32,000 nt of DNA from Methanopyrus sp. SNP6 (GTDB lineage Archaea; JAADCQ01; Methanopyri; Methanopyrales; Methanopyraceae): contig NZ_CP019436.1 of assembly GCF_002201895.1 (NCBI RefSeq), forward strand, positions 759,619-791,618, written 5' to 3'. The notes beneath the pieces are model-generated. The model was given only the letters and a program-made list of their open reading frames with translations, was not told where the DNA came from and searched no databases. Numbering within the stretch: position 1 is the first letter of the stretch; the number at the start of each line of letters is the position of its first letter. Positions 24,470 through 32,000 of the stretch are shown here, piece after piece. Both the position numbers and the translations under genes were made by a program.

Positions 24470-24931
24470 CTATTTGATGATCTTCTCCACTACCCTAACG
24501 TTCTCGATGCGAGTGTGTGGGTATTGCCCCTCCCTATCCTTCTCAGCGTATTTAACCATGTCCCAGAGCGTGACTAATCCGACCACTAACCCTGTTAGGG
24601 CGTCCATCTCGACACCTGTCTTCCCTTCGGACTTGACCCGTACCGACATCTTCACGCCGTCTTCAAGGACCTCGACGTCGACATCGACTCCAGTGATCTT
24701 GACGGGATGGCAGTGGGGGACCAGCTCCGGCGTCTTCTTCACGGCGAGTATGGCAGCTATCTTGGCAACCTCGATGGGGTCACCCTTACCCTGTGGATGA
24801 GATTCGCCCGACTTCACCGCGTTCACGCCATCCTCGGTTAGTCTGAGGAACCCACTGGCCTCGGCAATGCGGATCTCTTCCTTCTTCCCGGTGACGTCCA
24901 CCATCGACATCAGTTTACCCCCAGCGGTCAC
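24470..24931 (-). CDS. moaC: Cyclic pyranopterin monophosphate synthase accessory protein MoaC
   Basis: It contains MVDVTGKKEEIRIAEASG..AKIAAILAVKKTPELVPHCHPV..GVEMDALTGLVVGLVTLWDM. The ORF maximum starts at GTG 24931. ATG 24910, with GGGGGT 6 nt upstream, is the more likely start. Confidence 0.9.
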   Translation of the reverse strand: MTAGGKLMSMVDVTGKKEEIRIAEASGFLRLTEDGVNAVKSGESHPQGKGDPIEVAKIAAILAVKKTPELVPHCHPVKITGVDVDVEVLEDGVKMSVRVKSEGKTGVEMDALTGLVVGLVTLWDMVKYAEKDREGQYPHTRIENVRVVEKIIK

Positions 24932-24991
24932 TCCTAAAGGGGCTCATCACCCAAAGGGATCGGTACTGCGGGACCCGTTCATCCCACCACA

Positions 24992-25020
24992 CATATTGTT
25001 ACGAAATCCATAACAATATG
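24992..25020 (-). repeat. A/T-rich perfect 10-bp inverted repeat (CATATTGTTA-9 nt-TAACAATATG) between the 16S 3' flank and moaC
   Basis: Read directly from the sequence. It is either a transcript-end structure for the 16S precursor or part of the moaC promoter. No T-tract follows it. Confidence 0.4.
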
Positions 25021-25047
25021 AGGAAGGGCGGGAGATCATCGCCCCCT

Positions 25048-25085
25048 CGCAAGCCCGCCCTCCGGGGCTTTCGTTACCCCACCGC
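25048..25085 (-). repeat. 3'-flanking arm of the 16S rRNA processing stem
   Basis: 25048-25067 is the exact reverse complement of 26660-26679 (20 bp), and 25077-25085 of 26642-26650 (9 bp). A 9x9-nt internal loop separates the two helices. Confidence 0.85.
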
Positions 25086-25100
25086 ATCATCCCCGCCGCT

Positions 25101-26612
<1,512 letters not shown>

Positions 26613-26641
26613 TAGGTGACGGCCGCAAGGATTTCGGGTCC

Positions 26642-26679
26642 GCGGTGGGGCTCTCACGGCCCCGGAGGGCGGGCTTGCG
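26642..26679 (-). repeat. 5'-flanking arm of the 16S rRNA processing stem
   Basis: It pairs with 25048-25085 (see that feature) and starts 30 nt upstream of the mature 5' end. Confidence 0.85.
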
Positions 26680-26774
26680 TCGACCCCGGGGCCCCTGGGG
26701 TGTGTTCCCCCAGGGGTTGCCCGGGGTCCCATCGGGGGGCTCTTCTCCCGCGGCCAACCTCCTTTGGAACACGG

Positions 26775-26790
26775 TTATATATTAAATTTT
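26775..26790 (-). promoter_or_regulatory. 16S rRNA promoter TATA region (minus strand AAAATTTAATATATAA)
   Basis: It is the only A/T-rich block upstream of the 16S gene. It lies about 165 nt upstream of the mature 5' end and about 95 nt upstream of the processing stem. Confidence 0.7.
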
Positions 26791-27582
26791 CGGGCTTCTC
26801 GGATCGCAAGCACGGACCTCATTCTGCTAATGGGAGGCGTCGCCGAGACCATGGGGACGCGCTTGGCATCGCTCGATTACATTAACCTCAGACCGGTGAG
26901 GGACCCGTGGTGGGGTTCGCGAGAGGCGACCGGTACCGGCTGGAGTGCAGGGTTTCCACCAAGGTGCTTCGTCCAGAAGGGCGACGGTGTTGGAGTTCCT
27001 GGAAGGGATGTTCGATGGTCACGGGAGGCTGGAACGGATTCGTGAGATCTGAGATGGGGGTAGGTGGGGTCGGTCAAGGGTGGGTTGGCCATCGGAGAGT
27101 CCTCCCCTTCGCGGGCACTCGTCATCCCGTACCACCGAGTGGCCTTCTTCTTGGGAGAGTTTAGCGCTCGGAAGCGGGAGACTTAAGTGGGCCCTCGGAC
27201 CGGGTTACCCACGAGTTCATGCTGGTGTCCCGGCTCATTATCCTCCGACCGATGATGATGTCGTTGCTCTCCCCAGTGATGTCTTCGTGGTGAGTGTCCC
27301 GCACCCGATCGGCTGACTTTTCACTACTCGAGGGCCGCCGAATGTTCGGTCGCGCCCCATTCCCGTCGGAGGTCTGGGTGTAGGGAGCGGCGTTCTAGGT
27401 ATCGTTACTATTTCCGCAACGATCTCTGAGGGCCGGGGGCGACCGGTCGGTACCCTCGGGATGTATCATCGCTACTAGCTCAACATGGAGCTAATCCCCA
27501 TCGTCCCGGACCCTATTCGTATGTGGTGGTCGGGTGGGCGGATTCCGATCATCCCGCGGCGGTCGCTCCCGTGGCCGTGTCC

Positions 27583-28458
27583 TCATCCTTCCATTTCTTC
27601 GAGCTCTTCGAGTAACCTTTCGATGTCGTCACGCTCCTCTAGCTCCTCCAGCACCTCGGAGTCTTCGGCGACTTCACGGGCCATGTGTTCGGGCATGTTT
27701 AGGATGTCGTTAAGGTACTCGTCGACGTCATGGATCTCACCGGCTTTCACGTCGAGGACCTTATCGCAATGTACCACGACGGTCCCGTCCTCGAGGATAC
27801 TCATCGGCGCCCGATATTTGGGAAGGTGTGGTGGCAGAGTACGGATCGGGAGGAGACTGTACACAAGGGCACCACGGAACTCGTGTACTGCGGTCTCCAG
27901 CAGGACGTCGGCTACCTCGGCGTTCGGGGATCGTAAGGCGGACTCAGGTAGGGCGCATCCGGCGAGGACGGCTATGTCGTTTTTCACCGCGGCCGCTTTC
28001 AAGACGGAGACCACTTGCAGGAATTTCTCGTGCTCGCCGCGGTGCATCGGGTATATCGAGTCAATCACGACCACGTCGGGGTCGTACTCAGGCACGATTT
28101 CTCTGATCCTGTAGGGTTCGATGTCCTGAATAATCTCGCCTATGGCCCGATGGTATATACCGGCGCGGACGCAGAAAGCGTTGAGGACGACCAGATCACC
28201 TTTCTCGTAAGCTCCTCGGGCGTCCTTGCCGTACTCCTCGGAACGTCGCAGGAACTCGTAAGGTGAGGTGCTAGTAGCGAGGAGGAGTACGCGAAGGCCG
28301 TCTTCCAGGATGTTCCAGATAGCGTTATCGAGCAGGGGCTGTCGAGGGGATCCGGGAAGGCCTGCGAGTATCGTCACGCCACGTCGTGGGAGTCCGCCAC
28401 CGATCATTTCGTCGAAACCGAGTATGCTAGTCTCGATACGGTCGGTCAAGTTGGACAC
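27583..28458 (-). CDS. KaiC/RadA-like RecA-superfamily protein with a degenerate Walker A motif and an acidic C-terminal tail
   Basis: 291 aa. ETSILGFDEMIGGGLPRRGVTILAGLPGSPRQPLL aligns to the KaiC-like TGIxGLDxxLGGGxPxGxxxLxxGxPGxGKT, but GKT is replaced by PRQ. The Walker B-like DPDVVVIDSI is kept. The tail reads SEVLEELEERDDIERLLEELEEMEG. Confidence 0.75.
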   Translation of the reverse strand: MSNLTDRIETSILGFDEMIGGGLPRRGVTILAGLPGSPRQPLLDNAIWNILEDGLRVLLLATSTSPYEFLRRSEEYGKDARGAYEKGDLVVLNAFCVRAGIYHRAIGEIIQDIEPYRIREIVPEYDPDVVVIDSIYPMHRGEHEKFLQVVSVLKAAAVKNDIAVLAGCALPESALRSPNAEVADVLLETAVHEFRGALVYSLLPIRTLPPHLPKYRAPMSILEDGTVVVHCDKVLDVKAGEIHDVDEYLNDILNMPEHMAREVAEDSEVLEELEERDDIERLLEELEEMEG

Positions 28459-28466
28459 CCTCAGAC

Positions 28467-29057
28467 CTAGGGGGCGTGGACTTCGTAAAACCCTCGATAT
28501 GCGGAGTGATACGTGAGGACTCCTAGCTTTTCGATGTGTGTTCGGAGCTCCTTCTCGAGCTGTAGGTACGGTCCGGGGTCCGCGGCAACCTCCAGCAGGT
28601 GGGCCCGACGCGCTCGTCGACAGGCCGAGGAGCAGGGGACGAACCCCTCGGTTACGATAACTACGTCCTCCGGGTCGTGGTCGAACTTGACATGGCCCTC
28701 CATGAAGTACTCGACGCAGCAGCCGGGATAATCAAGGAACTTCCCGATTTCCTCGTCATCGAGCGTGTACACTCCGATTCTCTCCGAGACATAGGGATGT
28801 AGGGCGGGGCGAACGTGTAAGCCGCTCTCCTCCCACATGGTCAGCTCCGTTTCGACAACACTTATGCATAGGTCGAGATCCACGGGTGTGAGCCGTTGGA
28901 GGGCGAACTCCGCGAGGGTTCGCGGTTCGGGTAAGTCACCGGTACCGTCCATATAGGAGCGGAGATCTTGGAGGAACGTGAGGATACGCTCGAGCGTGTT
29001 CAACTCGGATCCCCCGTGGAGAGCCGTGTCGGAGGTGTTAATCCGATGATCGGACAT
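28467..29057 (-). CDS. Conserved-looking hypothetical protein with Cys motifs (LDYPGCCVEYF, FVPCSSAC)
   Basis: 196-aa ORF with an ATG start and composition typical of this genome's proteins. It ends 8 nt before the KaiC-like start, so co-transcription is likely. I cannot name a family with confidence. Confidence 0.6.
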   Translation of the reverse strand: MSDHRINTSDTALHGGSELNTLERILTFLQDLRSYMDGTGDLPEPRTLAEFALQRLTPVDLDLCISVVETELTMWEESGLHVRPALHPYVSERIGVYTLDDEEIGKFLDYPGCCVEYFMEGHVKFDHDPEDVVIVTEGFVPCSSACRRARRAHLLEVAADPGPYLQLEKELRTHIEKLGVLTYHSAYRGFYEVHAP

Positions 29058-29255
29058 GGGCCGGAAGGATGGGGAGCTAGTCCGGGGGTGAGGGGCTATC
29101 CCGATGATCGTCCTCCACGGCCCCCGACCGGTCTTCTGAGAACGTTCCGACTATCGTGACGGAACGGACCGCGCCCACGAACCGTCGTGATGACTGCGAT
29201 GTCTCGACGTGATCGTTATACTGCCGGGCGACGGTCTGGCGACCGGGGATCGTTC

Positions 29256-30242
29256 TTGGTCCGGGTACGGTCCGTCTCCAGGATCCATGTGACGCTTATC
29301 GACTTACATGGTGGGTTGGGTCGTGTAGACGGTAGCGTGGGAGTGACGCTAGAAGGACCCAGGATAGAGCTCGAAGTGGAACCTAATGAGGAAGGAGTAG
29401 AGGTCAGTGGAGAAGGCGAGATCGCGGAGAAAGTGGAGCGGGCGGCGCGGAGGACACTCGAACTGTACGGGATCGAGGATGGCGTCCGGATCGAGGTGGT
29501 AAGGCGGTATCCCGAGCACGTGGGCCTCGGTTCCGGTACACAGGCGACGCTATCGGCGGCAGTCGGAACGTTAGAAGCGCACGGTGTCGAGAGCTACGAC
29601 GTGCGGGAACTAGCGGATGCGCTGGGTAGAGGTGGTACATCTGGGATCGGTGTGGCGGCGTTCGAACGGGGAGGGTTCATAGTAGATGGTGGCCACGTCT
29701 TCGGTTCGGGTGGGAAGGAGGAGTTCAAACCGTCGGCGGCGTCTGGCGAGGTCCCGCCGGCACCGGTGATCTCGCGGCTGGAAGTGCCGGAGGATTGGCG
29801 GTTCGTGCTCGCGATCCCCGAGGTGGAGCGGGGTGCGCACGGGGATAGGGAGGTTGACATCTTCAAGCGGTACTGTCCGGTACCGGCGCGGGAGGTGGGG
29901 GAGATCTGCAGGTGGATACTAATGGTAATGCTGCCCGCGGTGGTGGAGGATGATCCTGAAGACTTCGGTAGAGCCGTAGACGCTATCCAGGAGTTGGGGT
30001 TCAAGCGTGTGGAGGTGGGCCTGCAGCACCCCGTGGTCGTGGAGATAATGGAGGTGGCTCGGAACGCGGGAGCTTACGGGGCTGGGCTGAGCTCGTTCGG
30101 TCCTACCGTGTACGCGGTGTGCGATCCGTCCTCGGCGAACAGCGTCGCGCAGGAGCTTGAAATGTATATGAGAGAGAAAGGTATCGGCGGGAAGGTAAGC
30201 GTTTCCGGACCGAGGAACGAGGGTTTCGAAGTGACGGGGTAG
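29256..30242 (+). CDS. mptG: Beta-ribofuranosylaminobenzene 5'-phosphate (beta-RFAP) synthase, GHMP-kinase fold (methanopterin biosynthesis)
   Basis: It contains VRVRSVSRIHVTLIDLHGGLGRVDGSVGVTLEGP, HVGLGSGTQATLS and GRGGTSGIGVAAFERGGFIVDGGH. I prefer TTG 29256 (GGGGAT 6 nt upstream), which gives the family-typical N-terminus. The track ORF starts at GTG 29187. Confidence 0.8.
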   Translation: MVRVRSVSRIHVTLIDLHGGLGRVDGSVGVTLEGPRIELEVEPNEEGVEVSGEGEIAEKVERAARRTLELYGIEDGVRIEVVRRYPEHVGLGSGTQATLSAAVGTLEAHGVESYDVRELADALGRGGTSGIGVAAFERGGFIVDGGHVFGSGGKEEFKPSAASGEVPPAPVISRLEVPEDWRFVLAIPEVERGAHGDREVDIFKRYCPVPAREVGEICRWILMVMLPAVVEDDPEDFGRAVDAIQELGFKRVEVGLQHPVVVEIMEVARNAGAYGAGLSSFGPTVYAVCDPSSANSVAQELEMYMREKGIGGKVSVSGPRNEGFEVTG

Positions 30243-30253
30243 GGGGACCACCT

Positions 30254-31516
30254 TTGGGAGTCTACGTGGCCGAGAACTTCACTGGAGTTTACGCGTTCGA
30301 TGAGGAGGGGAACCTGGTAGACCACGAGCCGTTCCCGAAGGATCCGAACGAGATATTGGAGCGTCTGTTGAAGCGGGAACGTGGTGAGGTGTTGGAAGAG
30401 GAAGAGGCGCTGCTGTCGAGGCTAGATGCGGACGTGATCAACTTCGAGGGTACGAAGGCGGACCGGGAGAGGTTAGAAGGGGTGTTCGACGGGGAGCTAG
30501 TCGTCGAGTTCCCGAACGTGGCCGGGGAGATCCTTCGAGAGCGGGCGCGGGAGCTCGCCATCGAGGTCGGTGTGGTCGACTCCGAGGAGGAGTATTCGGA
30601 GCTAGTGTACGAGGTCGGTATGAAGCTGTCGAAGGAGAAGGTCCGGGCGACGGTAGAGGAACGGGACCAGATGATCATCCAGGCCATCAACACCATCGAC
30701 GACATCGACAGGATATTGAACATACTAACGGATCGCGTGCGAGAGTGGTATGGAATACACTTCCCAGAGATTAACAAAATCGTAAAGAAGCACGATGATT
30801 TCGTGACGTTGGTAGCCGAGCTAGGACACCGGGAGAACTTCACGTATGATAACATCAAGGAGGTGTTACCGGAGTTCCCGGATCACCTAGCCGAGAAGCT
30901 CGAGGAGGCCGCTAAGGACTCGATGGGCGCGGAGATGGACGAGAAGGACTTAGCGGCGGTACAGCGGATCGCGGAGGTCGCGCGGGAGCTCTACGAGATC
31001 AGGCGAAAGACCGCGGACTACATCGACGAGTCGATGGACGACGTGGCGCCGAACGTGAAGGCCCTAGTGGGTCCACTAATCGGTGCGAGGTTGATCGCGC
31101 TAGCCGGTGGATTGAAGGAGATGGCGAAGTTACCCGCGAGCACTATCCAGCTGTTGGGAGCGGAGAAGGCGCTGTTCAGGCACCTTACCAAGGGGACGAA
31201 GCCGCCGAAGCACGGTGTGATCTTCCAGCACCCGCTCATCCACCGAAGCCCGTGGTGGCAGCGCGGTAAGATCGCGAGGGCACTGGCCGGCAAGCTGGCT
31301 ATCGCGGCGCGTATCGACGCTTACTCTGGCGAATACCGGGGCGACGAGTTGAAACGACAACTAGAGCAGCGGGTGAAAGAGATCAAGGAGAAGTACCCGA
31401 AGCCCCCGAAGCGCAAGCGTGGTGGTCGGCCGCCTCGCGGTCGTCGACCGCGTCGGAGGCGCTCACCCCGGAGATCTCGTAGGGATCGCCGACGCCGCTC
31501 ACGCCGAAGGCGGTGA
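30254..31516 (+). CDS. nop5: Nop5 (Nop56/58 homologue), core protein of the box C/D sRNP
   Basis: 420 aa. The NOP domain reads APNVKALVGPLIGARLIALAGGLKEMAKLPASTIQLLGAEKALFRHL..PKHGVIFQHPLI, preceded by a coiled-coil middle. It has an Arg-rich C-terminal tail. Confidence 0.9.
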   Translation: MGVYVAENFTGVYAFDEEGNLVDHEPFPKDPNEILERLLKRERGEVLEEEEALLSRLDADVINFEGTKADRERLEGVFDGELVVEFPNVAGEILRERARELAIEVGVVDSEEEYSELVYEVGMKLSKEKVRATVEERDQMIIQAINTIDDIDRILNILTDRVREWYGIHFPEINKIVKKHDDFVTLVAELGHRENFTYDNIKEVLPEFPDHLAEKLEEAAKDSMGAEMDEKDLAAVQRIAEVARELYEIRRKTADYIDESMDDVAPNVKALVGPLIGARLIALAGGLKEMAKLPASTIQLLGAEKALFRHLTKGTKPPKHGVIFQHPLIHRSPWWQRGKIARALAGKLAIAARIDAYSGEYRGDELKRQLEQRVKEIKEKYPKPPKRKRGGRPPRGRRPRRRRSPRRSRRDRRRRSRRRR

Positions 31517-31561
31517 CTTCATTTCCTCGAGCACAACCGTTTTTCGAGGGTGAGTGAGGAA

Positions 31562-32000
31562 ATGGTGGAAATCGAGATCGAACCGCATGAGGAGTTCGAG
31601 GGTGTGTACTGGGCGATCTTTGAAGACGGTCGGAAGAAGCCCGCGACCGAGAACCTCGTTCCCGGGCATCAGGTTTACGGTGAGAGGTTAGTAGAGTACG
31701 ACGGGAAGGAGTACCGAGTATGGGAGCCGCGAAGGAGCAAGCTTGCCGCCATGATCATGAACGGCATGGAGTACTTCCCGCTCGAGGAGGGTTCGAAGGT
31801 ACTTTATCTGGGTGCGGCGGCCGGAACGACGCCGTCGCACGTGTCGGACATCATAAAGGAGTCGGGCGTGGAGTACTGCGTCGAATTCGCCTCGAGGATG
31901 ATGCAGGAGCTGATCCCGGTGTGTGAGAAGCGCCCGAACATGATACCCATTCTAGGCGACGCTACGAAGCCTCATGGATACGCACCGCTTGTCGAGCAAG
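31562..32000 (+). CDS. flpA: Fibrillarin (box C/D 2'-O-methyltransferase), N-terminal 146 codons; runs off the right edge
   Basis: Not in the track because it is edge-truncated. Hand translation from ATG 31562 gives MVEIEIEPHEEFEGVYWAIFEDG..VYGERLVEYDGKEYRVWEPRRSKLAAMI..GSKVLYLGAAAGTTPSHVSDI... A GGTGAGTGAGGA Shine-Dalgarno-like stretch lies upstream. Confidence 0.9.
   Translation, partial: MVEIEIEPHEEFEGVYWAIFEDGRKKPATENLVPGHQVYGERLVEYDGKEYRVWEPRRSKLAAMIMNGMEYFPLEEGSKVLYLGAAAGTTPSHVSDIIKESGVEYCVEFASRMMQELIPVCEKRPNMIPILGDATKPHGYAPLVEQ

Noticed and set aside
26764-27316. Four overlapping 78-93-aa ORFs (both strands) in the gene-free region next to the 16S promoter
   Set aside because: They are mutually exclusive frames with Gly/Arg/Pro/Trp-rich translations and no recognisable motifs or translation signals.
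27252-27316. Box C-like AUGAUGA with a downstream CUGA, as a possible C/D box sRNA
   Set aside because: The spacing between the boxes (54 nt) is too long. D' and C' are not recognisable at 12-nt guide spacing, and the flanks do not form the terminal stem. Similar partial matches at 7509-7514 (minus), 15932-15960 and 24930-24950 (minus) fail the same tests.

Overview
The window is a dense, mostly housekeeping stretch of a high-GC hyperthermophilic methanogen chromosome. A very GC-rich 16S rRNA, a tRNA gene with C at position 8, a methanopterin-biosynthesis gene and very acidic proteins all fit Methanopyrus (my recognition, no search run). All family calls come from motifs read by eye in the supplied translations or in my own hand translations. 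I support 36 genes: 32 protein genes (two truncated at the window edges and absent from the ORF track), one frameshifted pseudogene, a 16S rRNA (-), a separate 5S rRNA (+) and tRNA-Arg(GCG) (-). I also mark several TATA boxes, T-tract or hairpin terminators and the 16S processing stem.

Most interesting points:
- 8925-13627: a tight four-gene operon pairs a CooS-type Ni-CO dehydrogenase with paralogues of all three F420-reducing hydrogenase subunits (FrhA/G/B-like). The FrhA-like subunit has a degenerate [NiFe] ligand set, suggesting a possible CO:F420 oxidoreductase module. Two V4R-domain proteins follow.
- 27583-29057: a KaiC/RecA-like protein lacks the Walker A lysine and is co-oriented with a Cys-motif hypothetical protein.
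- 26791-27582: about 790 bp next to the 16S promoter has no credible ORF.
- 6604-7373: a TIM-barrel hydrolase gene is broken by two +1 frameshifts.
- 22870-24465: a low-GC island carries a Ca2+/Na+ antiporter and moaB.
- The 16S and 5S genes are unlinked, and no 23S is present in the window.

I saw no CRISPR array, transposase or integrase.
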